From Spirochaetia bacterium (GTDB lineage Bacteria > Spirochaetota > Spirochaetia > UBA9216), in contig OZ223272.1 of the NCBI GenBank assembly GCA_965140585.1, forward strand, positions 274,775 to 338,774: a DNA stretch of 64,000 bases, given 5' to 3'. Positions 18,687 to 26,874 of the stretch are shown here, piece after piece; the first letter of the stretch is position 1; the number at the start of each line of letters is the position of its first letter. Below the pieces are notes generated by a model, which worked only from the letters and a program-made list of their open reading frames with translations, was not told the origin of the DNA and made no database searches. The position numbers and the translations under genes are program-made.

Positions 18687-19661
18687 TCAAAACCGCTTTA
18701 CATAGGCATGACAGTATGGGGCTTTTCCGTTATTAAGGTAATAGTCCTGATGGTAGTCCTCGGCCGGCCAGAAAGCTCCGGAAGGCTCAAGCTCCGTTGC
18801 AACAGCGTATCCCTTTTCAGTCAGAATGTTTATCAGCTCCTGTGCAGCTGCTTTCTGGGTCTCATTTTCATAAAAAACCCTTGAAAGATACTGCTCGCCA
18901 ATGTCCGGCCCCTGACCATTAGTCTGTTCAGGATCATGAATTTCAAAAAACAGCGTTGCAAGTTCTCGGTATGTGACCACATCAGGATCATAGAGGACCT
19001 CAATTGCTTCTACATGTCCTGTATCGGTATAACAGACCTCCTTATAAGTAGGAAACGCCTTATGACCGCCTGTATAGCCTACGGTTGTACCGATAACACC
19101 TTCAAGTCTGTTGAAGTAGTGTTCAACTCCCCAGAAACAGCCGCCGGCGAATACTGCACGGCCGGTCTCACCTTCAGCTGGAATAAAATCCATAGAGAGA
19201 GAATTGACGCAGTGTCTGGTATTTTTTTCTGTAAAGCCTTCTCCTGTAAAAACATGGCCCAGGTGAGCCCCGCATTCCGCACACAGAATCTCGGTCCGGC
19301 TGCCGTCTGCATCGGTCTGCCGCCGAACTGCGCCATCAATATCATCATCAAAACTCGGCCAGCCGCAGCCGGAATCGAATTTCGTAACCGATTCATAAAG
19401 CGGAGTCCTGCAGCGCCTGCAGACATATGTACCGGTCTCATGATAATCCCAGAACTCGCCTGTAAACGGCCGCTCCGTAGCCTTTTCCTCTATTACCCTG
19501 TATGAATTTATATCCAATCTGCTGTTAAGAAGATCTTTTGATTCACTGCTCACTATTACCTCCTCTGTGTTTTCCGGTGTTCCAGATGAGAATACCGGAA
19601 AAACCGCAAGAAAAAACAAACCAAGGGATGTTACTGCCCTAAAGTATTTATTTGATTTCAT
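18687..19661 (-). CDS. msrAB: Secreted bifunctional peptide methionine sulfoxide reductase, MsrB-MsrA fusion
   Basis: It has a signal peptide. The MsrB region has two CxxC motifs and 'CGWPSF'. MsrA 'GGCFWGVE' follows. Confidence 0.85.
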   Translation of the reverse strand: MKSNKYFRAVTSLGLFFLAVFPVFSSGTPENTEEVIVSSESKDLLNSRLDINSYRVIEEKATERPFTGEFWDYHETGTYVCRRCRTPLYESVTKFDSGCGWPSFDDDIDGAVRRQTDADGSRTEILCAECGAHLGHVFTGEGFTEKNTRHCVNSLSMDFIPAEGETGRAVFAGGCFWGVEHYFNRLEGVIGTTVGYTGGHKAFPTYKEVCYTDTGHVEAIEVLYDPDVVTYRELATLFFEIHDPEQTNGQGPDIGEQYLSRVFYENETQKAAAQELINILTEKGYAVATELEPSGAFWPAEDYHQDYYLNNGKAPYCHAYVKRF

Positions 19662-19774
19662 ATTAGTAATTTACTAAGGTATTCACTTCAGGAAAAGAAA
19701 AAACCATCATAATGTATAAACGCATTATTTTTTTCACTATTCATTTTTAACATCATAATTGCTATAATTGAAGG

Positions 19775-20590
19775 ATGAAGAAGCTTTCAATAATTCTGCT
19801 GCCCCTGATTATCGCACTGACATCCTGTATGTCATTTAACGATTTCTGGAACCAGTCCTCAAAACAGTACAAATCAGAATCTCCGATAAATTTCTCATCC
19901 TCCGATATATGTGAAGCGGTTAACACCTATCCGAGAAACGGCAACCCGGTGTTTTTCGCATCAGTTCAGAGAATGAGCAACAGGGAGCTTGAAGAAGAGG
20001 CAGCGCTGCGGAAGGCGGCAGATCAGGCATCACGTTATTATTCAGTTAATGTTGTGTCTAAATTCTACAGCGAAAAGGTGAATACATCGTTCAGATACAT
20101 GGACGATCTTGATGCTTCATGGGATTTGAACCTTTCCGGGTCGCTTTATGAAGATCTCAGTATTATTGAAAGCTGGCAGGACAATTATGGAAGCTATGTA
20201 CTTGCAGAACTTCAGGGACATGCACCTCCTGTAATTATATCGCCCAGATCTGCAGACAAAGAACCTTCATGGATTAACAATACTCCGGAAATTCCCGGAT
20301 ATATCACAAGTGTTGGAATAACACTGCAGAAAGGCTACGTGGCCGACTCGTTTGAAGCTGCTGAAGAGCAGGCTCTTGCCCAGATGGCTAAACAGATCTC
20401 AATCAGTGTATCAAACGGACAGGTAAAACTTGAAAACTCTATTGGAACCGTAACGACACAGAGTAATCTTGAAATAGCCGAGGCCAGCATACAGGGTTTT
20501 TACATCCTGGACCGCTGGCGAACTCCCGACAGCAGATACTACTACGCTCTGGCCGTCTGTCCTGCAGATAAAAACAGGTCAGATGACTGA
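19775..20590 (+). CDS. Hypothetical lipoprotein
   Basis: It has a signal peptide with lipobox 'LTSC'. I recognise no catalytic motifs. Confidence 0.55.
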   Translation: MKKLSIILLPLIIALTSCMSFNDFWNQSSKQYKSESPINFSSSDICEAVNTYPRNGNPVFFASVQRMSNRELEEEAALRKAADQASRYYSVNVVSKFYSEKVNTSFRYMDDLDASWDLNLSGSLYEDLSIIESWQDNYGSYVLAELQGHAPPVIISPRSADKEPSWINNTPEIPGYITSVGITLQKGYVADSFEAAEEQALAQMAKQISISVSNGQVKLENSIGTVTTQSNLEIAEASIQGFYILDRWRTPDSRYYYALAVCPADKNRSDD

Positions 20591-20879
20591 GTTTTCAAAA
20601 GCAGTAATTTGTATAATAAGCGCAATTCCCGAAGGCCGTGTTGAGACCTATGGAAGCATAGCCGTAAAGGCAGGAAATCCCAGGGCGGCAAGGCAGGTAT
20701 CAAGACTTCTGCACAGTTCAAGCGGGAAACACGGCCTGCCCTGGCACAGAGTGATAAACTCAGGCGGCAGGATTTCTCTTACCGGCAGCGGAGCCGACCT
20801 GCAGAGGCAGCTTCTTGAAAGCGAAGGCGTAATTTTCGACAAAAGCGGGAAGGTGGATTTGGAGATATTTTGTGAATAA
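20583..20879 (+). CDS. Alkyltransferase-like protein (ATL; MGMT DNA-binding domain with Trp replacing the active-site Cys)
   Basis: 'GNPRAARQVSRLL...GLPWHRVINSGG' shows PWHRV in place of PCHRV, as in YbaZ/Atl1. It overlaps the upstream gene through ATGA. Confidence 0.75.
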   Translation: MTEFSKAVICIISAIPEGRVETYGSIAVKAGNPRAARQVSRLLHSSSGKHGLPWHRVINSGGRISLTGSGADLQRQLLESEGVIFDKSGKVDLEIFCE

Positions 20880-22278
20880 AGCAACCTCAGTAAGACCTGT
20901 AAAATTCATCAGTATTGACGGACAAATATGCAGAATAGCACTGGTTGCAGCCGCATTCTTCTATCTGCTTGACTCAATGCTGCCTGCTGACTTTTCTTTA
21001 ATTACCGGATGGCTGGGCATTGTAATAATATTAACCGGAATCCCGCTCACAAAAAAATCATATTTAAAACCGGCAGCAGTTTTCATTACTCTTTCTGCAT
21101 TTCTGCTTATTTACGAGGGCATCAGCTTTTCCACCGTAATCAATGGAGTCAATTCGATGCTCGCAATAGCAGCAATAATGACTGCACTTCAGCTGTTTCT
21201 TATCCCGATACGTGCAGGCCGGTATGATGAGACTCTGGAAAGGTATCTGAAAGGTCGCTTCAGCAGTGAATCGGGGCTTTTCAGTTTTGTCAGTTTTATT
21301 TCACATATAGTCGGAAGTTTCATGCTGTTCGGTACAGTACCGATGATTTACACTTTTTTCGGAAAACCTATAAAAGATCTGGTAAAAGATCCGGCCCGGT
21401 TTGCCGTGACCGCTATCGGCAGGAGCTTCACTCTGGTAACCCTGTGGGCCCCCGGAGCAGTCAGTGTAGTTCTGGTTCTGGAAAGTACAGGAGCGGAATG
21501 GATGAAGGTAATTCCGGTTACCCTTCTGCTGACCATTGTTGGTTTTGCTTCTTCAATTCTGCTTGAAAGCTCGACGGCCCTCAAGGGGCAAAAAATCACA
21601 ATCTCTGAGGCTCCTGAACCTGATGTGAAAAAAGCCGATACCAAAAAGATTTATATTCTCGTGGCTGTTTCTTTGATTCTTCTGGCAGGAGTTATGCTCC
21701 TGGACATTGTAAACCTGCTTACAGGCTCTTCCAGGGTTATACTGGTAGGAATCATAACCGCGGCAGCCTGGACGGCTTTTCACAGAAAAAAAAGGATAAT
21801 AAAAGAAGCATTCTCCGAATACTGGAACAGCTCATTGAAAGTAGTACCTGATCTTTCTGTACTCTTTCTTTCAATGGGGATATTTACCAAGGTAATTCAG
21901 GCATCATCATTTATAGAAATTTTCAGCAGCTGGGTTATAAATACTGCAGGCTCTCTTGGACAGTTCAATTTTCTGATTGTTACGCCATTTATTGTAATCC
22001 TGTCGCTTACAGGTATACATCCGCTCATGGGCGTAGGCCTACTCGGCTCTCTGCTTTCTGCCGCACTTCCGGGATATTCCACAATGATTGCCCTAGGACT
22101 GCTGCTTGGAAGTGCAATATCTTATTCGGTATCGCCATTCGCGGGAACAATTATTACCCTTTCAAGGTTCGCGGGATGCTCTTCAGTAAAGGCAGCCTTC
22201 AACTGGAACGGAATGTTCTCGCTGATCTTTTTTATTGAAGGGCTCATTATCCTGTCGGTAACAGCCCTTATTCTTTAG
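20872..22278 (+). CDS. Polytopic membrane protein (putative permease, family not assigned)
   Basis: It has at least 10 hydrophobic segments. The start is uncertain, because the track start overlaps the ATL stop. Confidence 0.5.
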   Translation: MNKATSVRPVKFISIDGQICRIALVAAAFFYLLDSMLPADFSLITGWLGIVIILTGIPLTKKSYLKPAAVFITLSAFLLIYEGISFSTVINGVNSMLAIAAIMTALQLFLIPIRAGRYDETLERYLKGRFSSESGLFSFVSFISHIVGSFMLFGTVPMIYTFFGKPIKDLVKDPARFAVTAIGRSFTLVTLWAPGAVSVVLVLESTGAEWMKVIPVTLLLTIVGFASSILLESSTALKGQKITISEAPEPDVKKADTKKIYILVAVSLILLAGVMLLDIVNLLTGSSRVILVGIITAAAWTAFHRKKRIIKEAFSEYWNSSLKVVPDLSVLFLSMGIFTKVIQASSFIEIFSSWVINTAGSLGQFNFLIVTPFIVILSLTGIHPLMGVGLLGSLLSAALPGYSTMIALGLLLGSAISYSVSPFAGTIITLSRFAGCSSVKAAFNWNGMFSLIFFIEGLIILSVTALIL

Positions 22279-22293
22279 CAGTCAAGAAAAACT

Positions 22294-22620
22294 TCAGACC
22301 TCACATTCTTTCAGCTCCAGAGACTGCTTCCGCTTGAAAATATTCTTTGTCATGCATGTCATCCATTTCCAGTGCAGGATCAGATGTCCAAGTACCCCTG
22401 CTGCCATGATAATGCTGCTTATCGTGTGCATATCTTTTATAAACCAGCGGTCCATTCCAAGAACGGTAACAGCAGCATGGATGTTCCGGCCGCCCCGGTA
22501 ACCGTCTCCGGAACCGATAAACAGCAGAACTATCCCGCTGAACGCCGACAGCAGAAATCCAAGTCCGATGGCTACATCCACTATATAATTAACCTTGCCT
22601 CTGCTTATTCCCTGCTTCAT
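22294..22620 (-). CDS. DUF4405-like small membrane protein (108 aa)
   Basis: GGAGG sits before the internal ATG at 22620 (MKQGISRGK...). It has two TM segments with conserved His. The track start is upstream and lacks an RBS. Confidence 0.5.
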   Translation of the reverse strand: MKQGISRGKVNYIVDVAIGLGFLLSAFSGIVLLFIGSGDGYRGGRNIHAAVTVLGMDRWFIKDMHTISSIIMAAGVLGHLILHWKWMTCMTKNIFKRKQSLELKECEV

Positions 22621-22749
22621 ATTAAAGCCTCCTGTATTTCTTATACACAGATAATAAAGCTCCAAATTGAACGGTTTATGCAGAAATTTAAAAGATTTTG
22701 AGGAGAGCAATTTAAATAATTAATGTTATTATTTACCCCGGAGGAACGA

Positions 22750-23166
22750 ATGGGAGAAACAGTAAGATTCGGTGTTTCAATGGACAGTGAGATGGTCGAG
22801 CTGCTTGACCGGTTCACTATTGAACAGGGGCATGAAAACCGCTCGGAGACTATCCGAAGTCTGGTAAGGCAGGCCCTTGTTGAAACAAATTCAGGCGATG
22901 CTGATCCCGAGATAATAGGTACTGTAACGCTTCTTTATCACCACTCCACCCGCCTTCCACGTGTTCTGGTTGAAAACTACCCGTCGGTACAAATTACCGC
23001 AAATATTCAGCTTCATGCTGACACCGACATCCGCATTAAAGTTCTGGTTGTCAGAGGCAGGGGTTCGGAAGTTCATGCATGGGCACAAAAACTTCTTTCA
23101 AGCAAAAAGATAATCGGAAAACTTGCAGTTACTGCAACAGATGAATTGTTTAAAGAATTACTTTAG
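22750..23166 (+). CDS. nikR: Nickel-responsive transcriptional regulator NikR
   Basis: It has a ribbon-helix-helix N-terminus 'RFGVSMDSEMVELLDRFTIEQGHENRSETIRSLVRQAL' and a C-terminal metal-binding domain with His and Cys (HHSTR...HADTD). GGAGG precedes the ATG at 22750. Confidence 0.8.
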   Translation: MGETVRFGVSMDSEMVELLDRFTIEQGHENRSETIRSLVRQALVETNSGDADPEIIGTVTLLYHHSTRLPRVLVENYPSVQITANIQLHADTDIRIKVLVVRGRGSEVHAWAQKLLSSKKIIGKLAVTATDELFKELL

Positions 23167-23251
23167 ACCTTTTTATAATTGACTTCAACTGAAAAAAATA
23201 ATACCTTATCATTAAGTAGCACGTTTTTATATTTTCGTGTCACTTCTTGTA

Positions 23252-23271
23252 CTGAATAACACCGTATTCAG
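23252..23271. promoter_or_regulatory. Inverted repeat CTGAATA-N6-TATTCAG in the nikR-to-ABC intergenic region (candidate NikR operator)
   Basis: It is a perfect 7-bp inverted repeat about 60 bp upstream of the SBP gene start. Confidence 0.35.
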
Positions 23272-23330
23272 AAAAAACTAACTGAGTTTACAAGAAGCTC
23301 AATCTCATAAAAACCTTGGAGGTATCTATT

Positions 23331-24476
23331 TTGACATTCTCAGGACAAAAACGTCTGCATTCAAACATCACAAGGCTGATGATGCTCTGTCTTATTTTTA
23401 CTGCAGGAAGTTTCAGTCTCTTTGCATCCGCGCAGCAGGAGGAACCTGCAGCACAAACCCCGTCCACACTGACGGACATGCGCGGCCGTGAGATCGAAGT
23501 TCCGGAAAATATCGACGGAATAATTGCACTTGATGCGGGCTCACTCAGGCTGCTTTGCTACATGGGTGAGACGGATAGAATTATTGCCGTTGAAGACGCC
23601 GGGCACGGGAGAGAAAAATCCCCGTACGGCTTCTTTTCACTGGCGACATACCGGATTGCTTTTCCGGAGCTTAAAAATCTTCCAAGCATCGGGAATAAGG
23701 AAAATCATGAAGGAATTATTGCTGCAGCTCCCGACATCATAATATCATCTACAGTAGACGCCGCACAGCTTGACCAGCTGCAGCAGATACTCGGGATTCC
23801 GGTATTCGGGGTAGATGTAGATGTTGAACTCTACGATACTGAACTGTTCTACCGTCAGCTGGATACACTGGGTAGTCTTCTTAGTAAGCAAGCCCGGGCG
23901 GAAGAGCTCATTACCGGAATTGAAGAATCATTGACAGATCTGAAGGACCGCAAATCAGAGGTTACAAATCCCGTAAAAGCCTATTCCGGAGGAATGATGT
24001 ATTACGGACCGGCCGATCTGCTCAGAACAACAGGTGACTACCTCCCCTTCAGCTTAAGCGGGGCAGAAAATGTAATGCCGACCAACCCGGCCGGAAATCT
24101 GCAGCCCTACATGACATCACTTGAAGATCTTATTTCAGCAGCACCCGATTACGTATTTATAGATTCAGCCAATATAAATCTGTCAAAACAGGGTTTTGAG
24201 ACAAACCGGGAAGTACTTGAAGAACAGGTTCCGGCATTCACCAACCGGCAGGTTTATTCAACCTTTGTTTATAAATATTACGGAACAAACTGGGAAAATC
24301 AGCTTATCAACGTTTACTATGCCGGCAAGATTCTTTACCCGGAAATATACGGCGATTTCACAATTGAAGATAAGGCCGAGGAAATATGGGAATTATTTTT
24401 TAATGTTCCGCTTAATTTTACAACCGTTACAGAACAGCAGAAGGGCGGACCTGCACAGGTTGACTGGTTTAACTGA
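23331..24476 (+). CDS. ABC transporter periplasmic binding protein, class III (FecB/CeuE/BtuF-like)
   Basis: The TTG at 23331 lies 8 nt after GGAGG and gives a clean signal peptide (KRLHSNITRLMMLCLIFTAGSFSLFASA). The PBP-class-III layout precedes FecCD and ATPase genes. Confidence 0.65.
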   Translation: MTFSGQKRLHSNITRLMMLCLIFTAGSFSLFASAQQEEPAAQTPSTLTDMRGREIEVPENIDGIIALDAGSLRLLCYMGETDRIIAVEDAGHGREKSPYGFFSLATYRIAFPELKNLPSIGNKENHEGIIAAAPDIIISSTVDAAQLDQLQQILGIPVFGVDVDVELYDTELFYRQLDTLGSLLSKQARAEELITGIEESLTDLKDRKSEVTNPVKAYSGGMMYYGPADLLRTTGDYLPFSLSGAENVMPTNPAGNLQPYMTSLEDLISAAPDYVFIDSANINLSKQGFETNREVLEEQVPAFTNRQVYSTFVYKYYGTNWENQLINVYYAGKILYPEIYGDFTIEDKAEEIWELFFNVPLNFTTVTEQQKGGPAQVDWFN

Positions 24477-24478
24477 GT

Positions 24479-25522
24479 ATGAATATCTACAGCTCTTACA
24501 AAAAAGAGCAAAGTAAGCGCATTCTTTTCATATCGGCAGCAGGAGTCATTCTTGCTGCCCTTGTTGTTTTTTCAGCATCTGCAGGAACTATCAGAATTCC
24601 TCCGAAAGATGTGCTTGCCTATGTTTTCCGCTTCGATAATTCAGGCACAGGCCGCATAGTCTGGGATGTAAGAATGCCCCGTATTATTGCAGCCATGCTG
24701 GTCGGAGCCGGTCTTTCACTCTCAGGAACTGTAATGCAGTCGGTCCTGCGAAACCCGCTGGCCTCACCATATACTCTGGGGCTTTCAAGCGCGGCGGCCT
24801 TCGGAGCTTCATTTGCAATAGTATTTCTCGGTGCAGGGACGGGAACTACCTCAACTATCATTATCAGCAGTTCATTTACAGTCGCCGCTTCTGCGTTTTT
24901 CTTCTGCGCAGTTTCTACAGTAGCCATTCTGCTGCTGACAGTATTCACCAGGATTTCGGCTGAGAGTATGGTCCTTGCCGGAATTGCGATAGGGTCTCTT
25001 TTTTCCGCCGGACTGACTTTAATGCAGTACCTGGCAGACAGCGTACAACTGGCAAGCATCGTCTCCTGGACTTTCGGAGATCTAGGCAGGGCGAACAACC
25101 GCGTGCTTGTAATCACAGCTTCTGTACTCATTCCGCTGTTCATTGCATTTTTTTATTTCCGGTGGGATTTCAATGCCCTTGATACCGGAGAGGATACGGC
25201 TAAAAGTCTTGGAATTAAGACAGGAGCCCTGCGTATTGCGGGAATGGCAGCAGCCTCTATGATCTCGGCGGTCATAGTATCTTTTTTCGGAACCATAGCA
25301 TTTATAGGTCTTTTGGGTCCCCACATTGCCCGAAGGCTGCTTGGTTCAGACCACCGGTTTCTGCTTATCAGCTCTCCGCTGATTGGCGCAATAATACTTC
25401 TAGCCGCCGACACAGCAGCAAGAACAGTATTAACCCCGATGGTTCTTCCCGTAGGCATCCTTACCTCAATCTGCGGCGGGCCGCTCTTTATATATTTACT
25501 TGTGGCAGGAAGGAACAGATGA
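24479..25522 (+). CDS. FecCD-family ABC permease
   Basis: It is a 347-aa polytopic protein with an FecCD-type conserved Gly-rich C-terminus 'ICGGPLFIYLL'. Confidence 0.8.
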   Translation: MNIYSSYKKEQSKRILFISAAGVILAALVVFSASAGTIRIPPKDVLAYVFRFDNSGTGRIVWDVRMPRIIAAMLVGAGLSLSGTVMQSVLRNPLASPYTLGLSSAAAFGASFAIVFLGAGTGTTSTIIISSSFTVAASAFFFCAVSTVAILLLTVFTRISAESMVLAGIAIGSLFSAGLTLMQYLADSVQLASIVSWTFGDLGRANNRVLVITASVLIPLFIAFFYFRWDFNALDTGEDTAKSLGIKTGALRIAGMAAASMISAVIVSFFGTIAFIGLLGPHIARRLLGSDHRFLLISSPLIGAIILLAADTAARTVLTPMVLPVGILTSICGGPLFIYLLVAGRNR

Positions 25523-26271
25523 TTCTTAAGGTAGACGGTCTGAGTTTTGCTTATAAAAGCCGCCGGGTTATTGATGATGCAGGCTTTGAACTCAAAGAGG
25601 GCGAAATACTTTCAATTCTCGGTCCGAACGGCGCGGGAAAAACGACTCTTCTAAAATGCCTCAACCTCATACTTTCTCCTGACAGGGGCACAGTTTTAAT
25701 TGACGGAAAAAACTGCCGTGATATCGGCCATGGTGAAATGGCCAGAAAGACAGGCCTTGTAGCCCAGCATTCCGAACCCGTCAGAATGAAGGTATATGAT
25801 TTGGTTCTGCTTGGAAGAAAACCTCACTTTCACTGGTCTCCGCGAAAAGAAGATCATACCATAGTTGAAGAAGCTATCAAGCTGATGGGCCTGGAAGAGC
25901 TTGCACTCCGCTATGCCGACGAGTTAAGCGGCGGGGAGTTCCAGCTTGTCCAGATAGTCCGGGCTCTTGCCCAGAGCCCCAGACTGATACTTTTTGATGA
26001 ACCGACAAGCAGTCTGGACATCAGTCACCAGCATCAGCTTATGGCAAGAATCAGCACCTTAATCCACTCAAAACCGATGGCTGCCGTAATGACAATGCAC
26101 GACATTAATCTTGCGCTCCGCTACTCAGATAAATTTCTGCTTATCAGGGAAGGCCGGGTACATGCTGCAGGCGGGAAAGAGATAATAAATCCTGAGAATA
26201 TTAAAGAGGTTTACGGGATGGAATCTGCTGTAACAGAGGCCTGCGGACATACAATCGTTATTCCGGTTTGA
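25519..26271 (+). CDS. ABC transporter ATP-binding protein (FepC/FecE-like)
   Basis: Walker A 'GPNGAGKTTLL', signature 'LSGGEFQ' and Walker B 'LILFDEPTSSLD' are present. It overlaps the permease through ATGA. Confidence 0.85.
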   Translation: MILKVDGLSFAYKSRRVIDDAGFELKEGEILSILGPNGAGKTTLLKCLNLILSPDRGTVLIDGKNCRDIGHGEMARKTGLVAQHSEPVRMKVYDLVLLGRKPHFHWSPRKEDHTIVEEAIKLMGLEELALRYADELSGGEFQLVQIVRALAQSPRLILFDEPTSSLDISHQHQLMARISTLIHSKPMAAVMTMHDINLALRYSDKFLLIREGRVHAAGGKEIINPENIKEVYGMESAVTEACGHTIVIPV

Positions 26272-26285
26272 TATGGAAAACCTCA

Positions 26286-26813
26286 ATGTCTGAAATAGTA
26301 AAAACTGTCGAATTTCAGCTTCAACGATATCCTCTTTCAAGACTGAAAGATATCTACAAAAGCTTCTTTCAGGATGAGTTCGGTCCGGGTCATATACTTG
26401 AAGCTCCGGAAGAGGCCATTAACTATCTTAAAAAGGAGCTTTCCACTGCAAAAAGCCAGAGCCGTTATGAAGCGGAGCTCTGCGGAACCGGAAAACACTT
26501 TTGCCGTATATCTTTAGATCTAATCATAGACGGCAGAATCAGTTTAGACCGGTATTTCTCTGAATTCATTTCCGGTGCAGCAGACTTCGCCCTCCCTGAA
26601 ATTGGAGAGTGGAAAATCAAATGGAATAATATACTGGAGAAACTGAAACCTTTGAGCCATGTAATCAACAACTTCGATGAGGATTCTGTATTTATACTCA
26701 GGAACCTTGAAGAAGGAAAGTATGCAATGCACCACAGCAGTCTGTATAGACAGGCATATGATCCTCATTACCGGATTTTTAGAATCAGTAATTCAAATTT
26801 TGATATTTCGTAA
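26286..26813 (+). CDS. Hypothetical protein (~176 aa) fused at the operon level to the Ni-type ABC importer
   Basis: The ORF overlaps the ATPase stop. The start is ambiguous: TTG 26268 or ATG 26286. I find no recognisable motifs. Confidence 0.4.
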   Translation: MSEIVKTVEFQLQRYPLSRLKDIYKSFFQDEFGPGHILEAPEEAINYLKKELSTAKSQSRYEAELCGTGKHFCRISLDLIIDGRISLDRYFSEFISGAADFALPEIGEWKIKWNNILEKLKPLSHVINNFDEDSVFILRNLEEGKYAMHHSSLYRQAYDPHYRIFRISNSNFDIS

Positions 26814-26874
26814 AAAGAAGGCGCCGGAAACCGTGAAGGGCTTCCGGCGCAAAGTGAAGGAATACAAAATGAAA

